A DNA stretch of 64,000 nt from Andalucia godoyi And28 (lineage: Eukaryota > Protista > Jakobida), in assembly GCA_009859145.1 (NCBI GenBank), contig VRVR01000025.1:69211-133210 (forward strand), read 5' to 3'. The notes under the pieces are model-generated. The model saw only the letters and a list, made by a program, of their open reading frames with translations. It made no database searches and was not told the DNA's origin. Position numbers and translations under genes: made by a program. This document shows positions 10,438-21,053 of the stretch, in pieces (the stretch's first letter is position 1; each line of letters begins with the position of its first letter).

Positions 10438-11976
10438 ATGAATCGTTTGGCGGTGATATCACGGCGCTACTCGAATGTTTTTTCGCAGGTTCGGTCTGTC
10501 AAGGGCGCGAATACACGGCTGTTGTTGGAGCAGAACCGCAATGAGCAAATGAAGGATCGACTTCGCAAGTTTGGGTTTGTGCGAAGCGTGTCATCGTCAC
10601 AACTGTCTGCATCTAAACGGAAGACCTCGAATGAAAGTGCGAGTGCGGGTGGAGATACGACTGTTTCCAGTGGCTCGACGGTACTGGACGGGAGTGCAAT
10701 GCACAGTGCGACGGTCGCGAGTAGCTCTGGAGTGAGTGGAAAGCGGCCGAGTGATTCGTGGCGGGAGTTGCAGCTTCCGTTCTCGACGGATGTGGCGATG
10801 CGTCAGTTCTACATGAATCCCTACGGAGATATCCGCGTGGGAATGCTTCTGGAAGATCTGGACTCGATGGCTGGGCTCATTGCATACGAGCATTCAGATG
10901 GGTTCGAGCGCGATCTGACCGTTGTGACAGCGTCGCTGGATCGCCTGGAGTTCCAAAGACCGTTATCGCAATTTCAGGATGTCATTTTAAGAGGATGTGT
11001 GACATATGTCGGACATTCTTCCATGGAGGTTCGCATTGATATTTTGCAGGTCATGGACGATCAGCCTGGTACCGCAGCCAGCGCCACAGTCAGTGCCACA
11101 GAGGCTGTGGATGTGTTTCTCGAGAATGGCGAAAAGGCATCGGCAAACGCACCGAGGACATACGACCCTTCCAAACTCGTGTTCTGCTCGACATCGCTCT
11201 TCACGATGGTTGCTCGTGATGGGAACAAGGCGGCTCCCGTTCCGCCTTTGGTGTGCCATTCGCGACAGGAAAGAGACCGTTTTGAACAAGGCATCGTGAA
11301 CAAGATTAGACGAAAGGAGTCTGCAAAGAAGAGCTTGGACGTGACTCCTCCGACTTTGGAAGAAAACGATTTTGTGCATTGGCTGTTCTTGGCGCAGAAG
11401 AAAATGACGCTGGAGAGCCAGCTGCTGAAGTCTCGGTCCGAGAAGGCTGCCACACTCGGAGTACCGCTATCTGCCGGCTCCAGATGGATGTCGATGAAAG
11501 ACACTACTCTGGATTCGCACGTGCTGATGCAGCCGCAAAACCGCAACGTTCACGGAAAGGTCTTTGGAGGATTTCTGCTGCGTCTAGCGTATGAATTGGG
11601 GTTCATGTCCGCTCAATGCTTTTTGGGATCCAGACCTCTGTTCTTGTCACTCGATGACAACACGTTCTTGCGCGCAGTCGAAGTGGGCTCGATTGTTCAA
11701 TTTTCTGCACGTGTGGTGCTGAGAGAAAAGGAGCATGTTGTGGTCCGCGTTGTTGCACAGCCCATCAATCCCATGGATCGCACTAAATTCATCGCAAATG
11801 TTTTCCATTTTACCTTCCGCGACCAGCAGTGGACTGGAGACAGCAACTGTCGAGTTCTGTATCCAGAAACGCTGGAAGAAGCCAATCAGTGCATCGAAGG
11901 CAAGAGAGTGCTTGACCAGGGTCAGCACCTGAAGGAATCCTTGCGCGAACCCTTGGAAATTCCGTCCCCTGTCTGA
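10438..11976 (+). CDS. ACOT9: Acyl-CoA thioesterase 9-like (double hotdog fold), probably mitochondrial
   Basis: YMNPYGDIRVGMLLEDLDSMAG and PQNRNVHGKVFGGFLLRLAYELG motifs; Arg/Ser-rich N-terminus. Confidence 0.8.
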   Translation: MNRLAVISRRYSNVFSQVRSVKGANTRLLLEQNRNEQMKDRLRKFGFVRSVSSSQLSASKRKTSNESASAGGDTTVSSGSTVLDGSAMHSATVASSSGVSGKRPSDSWRELQLPFSTDVAMRQFYMNPYGDIRVGMLLEDLDSMAGLIAYEHSDGFERDLTVVTASLDRLEFQRPLSQFQDVILRGCVTYVGHSSMEVRIDILQVMDDQPGTAASATVSATEAVDVFLENGEKASANAPRTYDPSKLVFCSTSLFTMVARDGNKAAPVPPLVCHSRQERDRFEQGIVNKIRRKESAKKSLDVTPPTLEENDFVHWLFLAQKKMTLESQLLKSRSEKAATLGVPLSAGSRWMSMKDTTLDSHVLMQPQNRNVHGKVFGGFLLRLAYELGFMSAQCFLGSRPLFLSLDDNTFLRAVEVGSIVQFSARVVLREKEHVVVRVVAQPINPMDRTKFIANVFHFTFRDQQWTGDSNCRVLYPETLEEANQCIEGKRVLDQGQHLKESLREPLEIPSPV

Positions 11977-11991
11977 AGCGGTGGCTCCAGG

Positions 11992-12334
11992 CGGGTGTCT
12001 ACATTGTACACTACACATGGTGAATCGTTGCTGGCCGTCGGTCTTGCACCTGAACACCGAATGCGAATTTTCAATTCAGGAAGCAGGGACAGGCCCCAGT
12101 ACGCTGAAGCGTTCTTCAGATCGATGTTTTGCGCACCGTTCCAGAAGGGGCATCGGAATGACGATGGACTGGCATGAATGGAACGAGAAGAAAAAGGCCA
12201 AGCGGAAGAGCATTGTCTGGATCTTAGGGGGAGTGGGGGGAAAGCAGAGCAAAGAGTTTCGTTGCATGGATAGCACCAAGTGCGTGGTTTGCTTTTTTTG
12301 CGAGCAGTGCGATGGGCGTCAAGGCTCACTTGCC
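11992..12334 (-). mobile_element. Family-2 non-autonomous TnpB/Fanzor-derived mini-element, copy 1
   Basis: Near-identical inverted copy of 28058-28400; encodes FRCP-FWNGAQNIDLKNA and ends ...TAGTGTACAATGTAGACACCCG. Confidence 0.75.
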
Positions 12335-12433
12335 TGTCCCGGGTCTTAATAGCGGTAAACCGAGAGAGGGAGGGGGAGAGACAGAAGACGTGAAATTTTT
12401 GTCTTAGCTCCTAAGTCATTCACTGATAAGAAT

Positions 12434-14536
12434 TTACGTAGAAGTTGGTTCACTCGAGAACTCGGCCGCTGCCTTGCGCTTGTCGCTGGAACTTCGGGAG
12501 TGGTAGCAAAAATACGTTGCCTCTGCATCCAACAGCAGCGATTCCACGGACTCGATGCGAGATCCAACGTCATTGGCAAACGCCAGAAGCTGGTCAAACT
12601 GCAGACGCGTTTCCAGGATGGTGTCTGCCTGTTTGAGAATCAGCGCTGCGCAAATGTAAAGATGGAAATGCTCAAACGACGACGAAAAGATGCCTTCCCA
12701 CAATCTGAGGACATCTGCCATCTCGTCGAACTCGCGCTTGAACAGCACAAGAATCCACCGGAAAGCAAACAGGCACTCGGCGGCGTCAATGGAATCAAGA
12801 TACACGTACAGGTCGGGATGAAGGACTTTGATCAAGTTGCGAAGCAAGGTCAGCTGCGTCTGCACACCCGACTGGTTCTCGAGGAAATTCCGGGCAAACC
12901 CCCGAGCCTCCATGACATTCAGGTAGGCAAAGAACGACGCTGTCTCATCTCGGATTACATACAAGACAGGAGAAAGGAAATCATTCATGCCTTGGCAATA
13001 TCCAGAGTCGAAGTTGAACATTGTATATGTCAGCAAGACGTCGCGAAGCTTGCGGAGTCCCTCGCCATCCTGGTCTGCATAAAAGTCCACGGTTCGATCC
13101 GTGCGAACCACATCCTTATCAACGCGATGCATCCTTTCCGACATGATCTGATTCCTCTGCAATTGTGCCGGCGTCAAACTCGTCCACTGGGTTTTGAAAA
13201 CGCTGTATTCGGATTCATGGTGCGAATGCAACGATGCCACGCTACTTTGAATCGCAGCAATCACATCATGCCGTATGGAATCCTCAGAGAACTGCTGCAA
13301 GACAGCAAAGAGAGAGGACCATTCATAAACAGTGAGAATGTAGGGCCACAGCACTTGACGATCTTCTGCATTGATCCCGCGTTCGAATATCTGTACCAAC
13401 ACACGGTTCTTCCACGACGCGGACTTCTTCTCCGCGCTCTTCGCCGACGAGTTTATGTCCACTGCCAACGATATCAGAGTCTTCAGCGTCACGGGCTCAG
13501 AGCACTCTCCGGCAGACGACAAGAACGGTCGCCGAAACATTGCGATCTGCATGAAACCCTGGCTGTTTGTCGACGGAACGATTACCATCGAATCGTCCAT
13601 ATCCAGATCGTCGTTCTGGCTTCTTCGCTGTTCCTTCGTCCCAGCATTGATTCGTTGCCCTCTTCTCCCTGCAAAAATCGACGATGCTGACTGTGAAGAC
13701 GACGGTAAAGAAGAATGGGTTGATGAAGATGAATCTCGTCGCAGAGCCGACGATGCCATGTGATTGAAGAACGCAAACGGCGCGAATTCCTTCACCATCT
13801 TTGCATACTTTTTCGATTCCGAGACGATTCCCTCTGTAACTTGCTCCAATTTCAGTCTTGACATTGCAACAGCAAACCGGTCCGCAGGTCGTTGATCCTC
13901 GAGCAAATCCGAGAACTCCCAGCGCGTTCGTTGCCCCGCGGACTGTCTTACATGCAAGAACATACTCAGGCAGCGCTTCAGATCTTCCCACTGTGACTCC
14001 TTGATGAACACCGGCCGTTCATTCCACTCTCCCTGATTCAGATTGATGAACATCTTGACATGTGCCATGACCGAGTGCGCAGGAACCACCGGCTTCATAT
14101 CGAACAGAATTGAGTGCAAATCCGCTAGCTTGAACCGAATCGAGTTTCGCATAAGCGAATGGTCCAGTGGATCGCAAGCAAACAACACCAGCTCAGACGG
14201 TTGCACATTTTGATAAGCTCCATTCATAGGACCTTGTTGCTCACCAACAGTGCTATCCGCAACACTCGATCGATGCTCACCATCACCAACACCATCACCA
14301 ACACCATCACCAACTACTTGATGGGGTTGCTGCGCAATCGCAACCTCTGCAGACAGCGGAGTGTGTCTGACAGCGGAGTCTCTTCGCAGGAGCAGTCGGA
14401 TACGCCCTGGGATCGAATCGCGACAATCGTACGATTTGGCGAGAAAAACAGGCTCAATCGAGATCAAAGGCTCCCAATTGCTATCTGGGTTGTCCACGTC
14501 GGTCCAGTCTTCCGAGTCCGATGACGATGATGCCAT
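12434..14536 (-). CDS. TBC-domain Rab GTPase-activating protein (TBC1D15/17, Gyp7-like)
   Basis: RVDKDVVRTDR, YCQGMNDFLSP and LFAFRWILVLFKREF TBC motifs. Confidence 0.9.
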   Translation of the reverse strand: MASSSSDSEDWTDVDNPDSNWEPLISIEPVFLAKSYDCRDSIPGRIRLLLRRDSAVRHTPLSAEVAIAQQPHQVVGDGVGDGVGDGEHRSSVADSTVGEQQGPMNGAYQNVQPSELVLFACDPLDHSLMRNSIRFKLADLHSILFDMKPVVPAHSVMAHVKMFINLNQGEWNERPVFIKESQWEDLKRCLSMFLHVRQSAGQRTRWEFSDLLEDQRPADRFAVAMSRLKLEQVTEGIVSESKKYAKMVKEFAPFAFFNHMASSALRRDSSSSTHSSLPSSSQSASSIFAGRRGQRINAGTKEQRRSQNDDLDMDDSMVIVPSTNSQGFMQIAMFRRPFLSSAGECSEPVTLKTLISLAVDINSSAKSAEKKSASWKNRVLVQIFERGINAEDRQVLWPYILTVYEWSSLFAVLQQFSEDSIRHDVIAAIQSSVASLHSHHESEYSVFKTQWTSLTPAQLQRNQIMSERMHRVDKDVVRTDRTVDFYADQDGEGLRKLRDVLLTYTMFNFDSGYCQGMNDFLSPVLYVIRDETASFFAYLNVMEARGFARNFLENQSGVQTQLTLLRNLIKVLHPDLYVYLDSIDAAECLFAFRWILVLFKREFDEMADVLRLWEGIFSSSFEHFHLYICAALILKQADTILETRLQFDQLLAFANDVGSRIESVESLLLDAEATYFCYHSRSSSDKRKAAAEFSSEPTST

Positions 14537-14902
14537 GATACGTTCCAGTACTAGCGCAAAAGGAAGAGCTAGCATACACTGAGTCAAGGTTTTAATGAAA
14601 TTTAAAAATTAAATTTAAAGGCAGCAATATCTCAATATCTCAATATCTCTAGAAGAAACAGGAAACTGAAAAGCCAGAAGAAGATTTATGAAAAATATAG
14701 ATATGTATATATACATAATATTGATCTTTGGTGATCGGGAAAGCTGGAATTGATGAAGGGAGAGAGGATCGACGATTCGGGTTTTTGTTTGTTGATTCCC
14801 GAAAAACAGAGAACTACGTCTGCTGAACAGAATCAAAAATCACCAACATACCGTACCCTATCCGTAGGTACTATCGGCACAACTAGAAGATGCTTGGTTG
14901 TT

Positions 14903-17524
14903 TTACAAAAATACCTGCTTGGTTTCTTGAAACAGAAAGGAGCGTGCATTGTACTCTACTTCACCTGGTATTCGTGGTTGGGATTTGTTGCGGACGAACA
15001 CTTCATAGTCCTTGGATTTGCGGACGAACAGCGTCCCTTGTTCGCTGCGCAGGATGACGGACGAGATAGACTCGTCGTATTCAAGATACTCTCGGCTCTT
15101 CTGGACCATGGCATCGCGTTCCAAGTCGCAGCAGCCCTTTGCGAGACCCAGGACCGGCTCAAACACCACAAGGGACATGTTTTGCATGTCCATTGGAAAG
15201 GGAATGAAAGCATTTTGGAGTCCGATGGAAAGAGACGAGGCGGGAGAGAGTGAAATTACAGAAGATGTCTTTGAGAAGAACCCGGAAGACGTACTGCTTG
15301 ACGGCGACAGGATTCCATTGTTTCCAGACGGCGAAAGCACGACAAAGGGCGCAACAGGCCCTCCAGCTTGATGCGGAAGATGCAGCATGGTTCCCGAAAA
15401 TTCCCATGAAAAAGCAGGAGTGACGCTACGGACATCACGGATCACAGGTACAGAGTGTGCAACCATGTCGCACAACTTGGGAAGCTGACTGGACAACAAG
15501 CGGCGAAGTAAGATCATGTTTCCATCTGCATATAGGTTTTCGAAGAGAATGACCGCCACTACGGCAACGCGGTCCATCTGTTCATAGTACACTCCAAACC
15601 AGTCACCGTCCGGAGAACTCGGAAAGTGGCACCGCAGCGCAGCATCGCCGGACAGTAGTCTTTGTTCATCAAGCTTCGTTTCAGACGCCGGGACAGACCG
15701 ATTCTCGTCGATCAGAACACCCTGCTCAACGTTGCTGATGAATATTGGGAAATTGTCACGTTTTTCTCGACCGCCAAACTGCACACGACACATGACTCGA
15801 TGAGCGGACATTGGATTTTCACTGGTGATGCGAATCGCATAGGATTCCGCAGAACGAGAAAGCTCTGGGTAGGCATTCGATCGGATGAACTGCAGACGTG
15901 ACGAAATCAGCTTTTCCACGCCATATGTCAGATGTGAATGCAGCAGCAAATCATCCACAAAAATGCCGCCTGTGACGACTCCTGGAAGAGACTCGAGCTG
16001 CTGAATGAAGTGCTCCGAAGCAAACATCAAAGAAGACTGTGCATTCAAGGACGGCTGGTAGGGAATGGACGGGAACGGCTGCATCAGTTCCTCACACAGA
16101 TAACTGTACAACTCATGAAAGGTGTGAACTGCTTCGCCCGGGGATACTGCGGCAGAGACCCGATGCAGGGGCCCCGTTAGGTACCGGTATGCCATGACGA
16201 TCACATCCATGTGTTGCTTCAGAATTGTCTGATGCCAGCCGACAACAAAGTAAAACCGGTCCACACGGCGCAAAATATAACTGGTGTTCTCAAATTCAAA
16301 TTCCACTTCCTCAAACTCCGTAACCATCGGAACCACTTCTTGGCCCACAACAACGTCCCGGAGCCTGCCTGAGCTGGATGTCTCGCGCGTGCTCTTCTTC
16401 CTCTGATCCGGGGAGCCTTCGTGCTCGGCAAAAATGTCTTTTCGCACACGAAACATCTGATCCGACGATAAACCCGACGGACTGGATGAATACAAGCTAT
16501 TTTCATCTCCACTGTGTTTGGATGGCGAACCGGACCCGTAAGATGATGCAGACGGATGCGCATTATGCAAGAACGAGAGCGGCGGCTGCGGAATTCTAAT
16601 CGCGGGTGATCTCCCCGTCTTGACCCCACTTGATGCAGCCGCAACCCGAGTTGACATGGGAGTCTTTGGGCTGAACAACAAGCTGGAGACGTTCATGCCA
16701 TCCAGTCGAGACTGAGCTTTCGGTACGCTCTGTTGCGGCGAAAGAAAGAGTCGCGAATCGGCGATTGGCGATGAACCCTTTTCACCAGTGGCCTCTTCTT
16801 CTCCCTCTCCTTCCCCTGCAGCTTTCTTGCCGAGGATCTTCATCTTTTCCGCAGGAGGTTGCACCAAGCTAATGGAGTCTTTGATTTCCTTGGAGAGTCT
16901 TCGAAAGGATTCAAACGCCCCGATAATCAAATACTTTTTCTCCATCGGAGTGTCGGTAGGTGCAAAAAACACCAGCTGTTCGACGGTTGTATCGCGATCA
17001 TCTCCACCCTCGTTATGCGACCCATCTGCAGCTCCAACCGTGTACTTGTTTTCCAGAAACGCTTGGTGACTGGAGAAATTGGAGGACTGCCCTCTCGACT
17101 TTGCTGCATATGATGCGTGATCGCCCTGCATGCTCGGACTGTTCACATCCGAAATATTGCATGCTGCCGAGCCCACAGACGCATGGTACGCTTCGGAATA
17201 CGAATCATACGGATGCGATGCCTGGCTGTACGTATCTGCTCCTCCTTCTTCTTTCTCAATTCCTGTCTTTGCCCCTTGTCCATCTCCCTCTCGTTGTCGA
17301 TCCTGCTTCTTGATTCCATCCGCAGGACAATCGGTATTTGACGCATTTCCATCATCCGCTTGGGCCTTCTTCTTCTTCTTGGAGGGTGCAACAGGCGCTT
17401 CCGTCAGATACACCATGAAATGAGGCCATGGTCGACCAGACGGAATCGGTGTTCGCGGAGAATCAAAAGACCATATTCGAGATTGCGGGGCCGACACATC
17501 ACTCAGCGTATCGCTCGCATCCAT
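14903..17524 (-). CDS. CCZ1/HPS4/Intu-like tri-longin protein
   Basis: EQLVFFAP...IIGAFESF longin-like start, LESLPGVVTGGIFVDDLLLHSHL and SISSVILRSEQGTLFVRKS segments resemble the CCZ1/HPS4 longin domains; judged by recall only. Confidence 0.55.
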   Translation of the reverse strand: MDASDTLSDVSAPQSRIWSFDSPRTPIPSGRPWPHFMVYLTEAPVAPSKKKKKAQADDGNASNTDCPADGIKKQDRQREGDGQGAKTGIEKEEGGADTYSQASHPYDSYSEAYHASVGSAACNISDVNSPSMQGDHASYAAKSRGQSSNFSSHQAFLENKYTVGAADGSHNEGGDDRDTTVEQLVFFAPTDTPMEKKYLIIGAFESFRRLSKEIKDSISLVQPPAEKMKILGKKAAGEGEGEEEATGEKGSSPIADSRLFLSPQQSVPKAQSRLDGMNVSSLLFSPKTPMSTRVAAASSGVKTGRSPAIRIPQPPLSFLHNAHPSASSYGSGSPSKHSGDENSLYSSSPSGLSSDQMFRVRKDIFAEHEGSPDQRKKSTRETSSSGRLRDVVVGQEVVPMVTEFEEVEFEFENTSYILRRVDRFYFVVGWHQTILKQHMDVIVMAYRYLTGPLHRVSAAVSPGEAVHTFHELYSYLCEELMQPFPSIPYQPSLNAQSSLMFASEHFIQQLESLPGVVTGGIFVDDLLLHSHLTYGVEKLISSRLQFIRSNAYPELSRSAESYAIRITSENPMSAHRVMCRVQFGGREKRDNFPIFISNVEQGVLIDENRSVPASETKLDEQRLLSGDAALRCHFPSSPDGDWFGVYYEQMDRVAVVAVILFENLYADGNMILLRRLLSSQLPKLCDMVAHSVPVIRDVRSVTPAFSWEFSGTMLHLPHQAGGPVAPFVVLSPSGNNGILSPSSSTSSGFFSKTSSVISLSPASSLSIGLQNAFIPFPMDMQNMSLVVFEPVLGLAKGCCDLERDAMVQKSREYLEYDESISSVILRSEQGTLFVRKSKDYEVFVRNKSQPRIPGEVEYNARSFLFQETKQVFL

Positions 17525-17551
17525 CCTTCTTTTTCTTTTCTTCTACAAAAC

Positions 17552-17554
<3 letters not shown>

Positions 17555-17636
<82 letters not shown>

Positions 17637-17656
17637 TCACTCACTCACTCACTCAC
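17555..17656. repeat. (TC)n followed by (TCAC)n microsatellite
   Basis: Read directly. Confidence 0.95.
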
Positions 17657-18079
17657 TTTTGAGCGCACGGAAAAATCTTCAAGCTTGAGCTTTGGGGGAA
17701 TAGTGGAAGCCAAAAAGCCAAAAGGACAGAGTACAGTCGCCACTGCACTTTCAATTTTTTTACTTCTGGATTAAAAAAAGTCCGGCACATGCTGACAGGA
17801 CAGCAGACCAAAAAAGATTTTGCCTATGATTCGAACCGTTGCTAACGTACTTTCCCTCTCTTTCAAATTGATAAAGTTTAACGATTCCTCCATCTTTGCA
17901 AAAATGTCTCTGAATTCACATCGTGCATCTCCATTGAATCTTTCTTCTTGCTGTTTCACTTTGCAACTGCGCCTCTTTGCCATTATTTTTTTTCTCCCAT
18001 TCCTTTCTTTTGATACTCTTTCTCTCTTTTTCTTCTTCTTCTTCCAGCTCGTCTTTTACACATTCACGTTCTCTTCTCT

Positions 18080-18080
<1 letters not shown>

Positions 18081-18136
<56 letters not shown>
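18081..18136. repeat. (CT)n(CA)n compound microsatellite
   Basis: Read directly. Confidence 0.95.
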
Positions 18137-18139
<3 letters not shown>

Positions 18140-18187
18140 GAGACCGTTCTCAAGACCCGCGTCAAAAAAGAAAAAAAGGCTCCTTGC

Positions 18188-20077
18188 ATGCCAACACACC
18201 CGCCGGTGTCTCTGAATGTTCGTTTTCAAGAAATGGAAGTGTCTCAAATGGATCTGTCAATGACTTCAAACACTTCTTCTTCTGCGTCTGCGTCTGCGTC
18301 TGCTACTTCTTCTCCTTTCTTGTGTGTGTCTGCGTCGTCGCCATATGCGCCACGCGGCATCTCTGCGGAAGAACAAGCACTGTCGCCAACGCACTTTAAC
18401 CTTTCTGATAATAACAACAATATCAGTATCAGTAATCATAATCATAATAATAACAATCATAATAATAATGCAGAACCACGGTTCCAACTGGGGATTCGTC
18501 GTCATCGATGCAATGCTTTGCAGCCACAGTTCGCACTCGCAAACTGTATTTCACATGCTGGTGCAGGGACTCCAAGCAAATCCTTTGAAAATCAATCACA
18601 GGCAAGCACCGTTTATGTGGAAGACCAAGCGCTGAGTCTCCCCGGAAGTCCTGACCATTTCTCTCAGTTTTCTCAGCATGTCAATGATCAGAACGTCCAT
18701 CCAGATGCTCTTGCAAAAATGAATGGATACGGCAGCATGGCTAATCATATCAACGGTTCGTATTCCAATGTTTGCAACAACAATAACATTCACAATAACA
18801 ACAACAATATCGGCGGTGGCGGATATAGCAACCTTCAAGGCAGCAACAACAACAACCAGTATTCGTCGTCGTATGCGTCTTCGTCGAATTCGGTTGGCCC
18901 GTATAATCCGTCTGCGACCCCATTGATGCACATGCCACCCTTCAATGGAAACTGCTGCTCGTCCAACTCGTTTGAAACTCCGAACAAGTCTTGGCACAGA
19001 ACATTTCAAAGATTCTTTTGTTTTGGGACCAACCAAAACCAAGGACCCCGTGGAAAACAGGAAGATGTCTTTTGCTGGAACCATGAAGTATCCAAGAGTG
19101 TGGCATATTTTGGTGTGTTTGATGGGCATTGTGGGGCGTTTGCAGCGAACGAAGCGTCCAGTATGCTGTGCGATGCAGTCTTGCAGCAGGAGTCGTTTCG
19201 CAGAGGGTTACGTCGATTGAAGAACATGCCTGCACAAGGTGCGTACCGACTGGACTTCACTGCAGACGAGGATGATGACGATTGCTTTAGCCACAACGGC
19301 GATGAGAATGACAACTTTTACCACGACCCCAATTTGTGTGGCAACAGCTCGGTGGAATTTGACTGTGATGACAACCCCAGCAGCGAGCTCATTGTGGACG
19401 ACGTAGATGATTGCTTTTCGATCCCAGCTCGTGAGGACGACCACAGTGTTTTGATGGACGACTGCGATTCGTCAATCATGATGGATGATTTGGATGTCGA
19501 GGACCTGCAGGGGATGTTCCGAGAGCCGATCGAGGACGCGTTCAAGAGTCTGAATCAACACTTGGGTATGGTCGACGTAACAAAGTCTGGAACCACGGCG
19601 TCCATTGCCTTTTTCCTAGATGGCAATTATATTGTAACGGCCAATGTAGGAGATTCTAGCATTGTGATGTTCCCTCGTAGTCCTTTAACGAACGAAAAGC
19701 AGGCCAAGCGACTGTCGGAAGACCATCGCAACAAGAACGATGGTGATTTGGAGATTGAGGTGTCAAGATCTCTCGGCGATGCGCGTCTGAATCTATCATG
19801 TGTCCCAGATGTCTTTTTGCATCCGGTGGATTTGCTGAGCGATGGATTTCTGGTTATGGCCTCCGATGGCGTTTGGGACAGGGTTCCACTGGTCGATGTT
19901 GACAGGATTGTTCGAGAGTCGCTTATGGATGGAGGAGATCCACAAATGGCTGCTCAAAAACTCGTGGAGTATGCTGTTCTCAAGAAGAATGGTCAAGACA
20001 ATGCCACTGCGATTGTCATTTCGATCCAAAAACTGAGTGCAGACGAGGGCTGCTCTGGCCTAAGCATGTCTGCGTGA
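18188..20077 (+). CDS. Protein phosphatase 2C family with Asn-rich N-terminus
   Basis: YFGVFDGHCG, SGTTAS, ANVGDS, VSRSLGD, LVMASDGVWD and GQDNATAIVI motifs. Confidence 0.92.
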   Translation: MPTHPPVSLNVRFQEMEVSQMDLSMTSNTSSSASASASATSSPFLCVSASSPYAPRGISAEEQALSPTHFNLSDNNNNISISNHNHNNNNHNNNAEPRFQLGIRRHRCNALQPQFALANCISHAGAGTPSKSFENQSQASTVYVEDQALSLPGSPDHFSQFSQHVNDQNVHPDALAKMNGYGSMANHINGSYSNVCNNNNIHNNNNNIGGGGYSNLQGSNNNNQYSSSYASSSNSVGPYNPSATPLMHMPPFNGNCCSSNSFETPNKSWHRTFQRFFCFGTNQNQGPRGKQEDVFCWNHEVSKSVAYFGVFDGHCGAFAANEASSMLCDAVLQQESFRRGLRRLKNMPAQGAYRLDFTADEDDDDCFSHNGDENDNFYHDPNLCGNSSVEFDCDDNPSSELIVDDVDDCFSIPAREDDHSVLMDDCDSSIMMDDLDVEDLQGMFREPIEDAFKSLNQHLGMVDVTKSGTTASIAFFLDGNYIVTANVGDSSIVMFPRSPLTNEKQAKRLSEDHRNKNDGDLEIEVSRSLGDARLNLSCVPDVFLHPVDLLSDGFLVMASDGVWDRVPLVDVDRIVRESLMDGGDPQMAAQKLVEYAVLKKNGQDNATAIVISIQKLSADEGCSGLSMSA

Positions 20078-20355
20078 GCTCGGGGAGAGGAGAACCCTGG
20101 GCTGCAAGCGTTCTCTGGTTGCTCTGGTTCTTCTCCGCTCGCCTGCTATATATTTACCTTGTACACTAACCTACACTTTCCCTCGCGGTGTCGACCCGAG
20201 ATGGGACGCGCGTTGCGGGGGAGTCCAGTCCGGAGGGCTGTCGGCTGTCCTGCTTTTTTTTTTTTTTGGCGCTGTGACCTGGAGGAGCAGCAAGGGTCTT
20301 AACTGCAATTGTACATATAATTTGAAAAGTGTAAATTTACCACTAAGAACAAGCT

Positions 20356-20829
20356 TCATGCGCATGGATCCATTTGATACGTGATCCACATTGTCCGTTG
20401 CGCGTGTCGGTCATACAGTGCTCGAGCCCGGTAGTTGTCGTCTGCCGTCAGCCATCGCACCATGCTCCATCCTCGAGGCTTGCACAGTGATCGAAGATGC
20501 TCAAGCATCATGTCGCCAAGGCGCCCTCCCCGCACGGCAGGATCCACGAACAGGTCGTTGAGGAAGCAGGCTACCGAGCCAGTAAGCGGTCGCGGATTTT
20601 CTTGGAAATGTGCAAATCCTACAATGTCGCCATCCGCTTGCTGTCGCACAACAATGCATTCCAAAATGTGATTCTCGTCCATAATCCACGAAAACACCCG
20701 CTTTGCAGATTCGTCGGTGATGTCCCTCTTGTAGAAATCCGCATAGCCTTGAAACAGTCTTCTCCACGATGGATAATCCGATTCTCGAACACTGTCAAGG
20801 ACAAACTCAGCACCGCTGCTGGATGCCAT
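20356..20829 (-). CDS. GNAT family N-acetyltransferase (paralog 1)
   Basis: CFLNDLFVDPAVRGGRLG acetyl-CoA motif A and WLTADDNYRARALYD; ATG at 20829. Confidence 0.9.
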   Translation of the reverse strand: MASSSGAEFVLDSVRESDYPSWRRLFQGYADFYKRDITDESAKRVFSWIMDENHILECIVVRQQADGDIVGFAHFQENPRPLTGSVACFLNDLFVDPAVRGGRLGDMMLEHLRSLCKPRGWSMVRWLTADDNYRARALYDRHAQRTMWITYQMDPCA

Positions 20830-21053
20830 ATTTCCTTTTTCTCTTCTTCTTGGTCCAATTTCTTGCAAGCTACCTGTCCTGACGTTTAATTTGTGACGCT
20901 CAACATAGAAAAAACGAAACAAGAAAGAAAAGCAAGAAAGAAATGCGAATTGTGAAACGAGGGGCGCTGCACTACTTGGAATCCGCAAAAAGATCCCGAG
21001 TTCCGGACAACGAAACCCTCGGGAGCGCTGGCAGTCGGAACAAAAGTCAAGCA

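Noticed and set aside
11981-12349. Cys-rich ORF (KCVVCFFCEQC) on the strand opposite the family-2 element as a new Zn-finger gene
   Set aside because: The TnpB motif and conserved end are on the other strand; there is no ATG context or independent support.
12500-13690. 396-aa + strand ORF, and other long shadow ORFs (e.g. 31949-32842, 36057-36890, 43749-44528)
   Set aside because: Antisense or alternate frames of well-supported genes.
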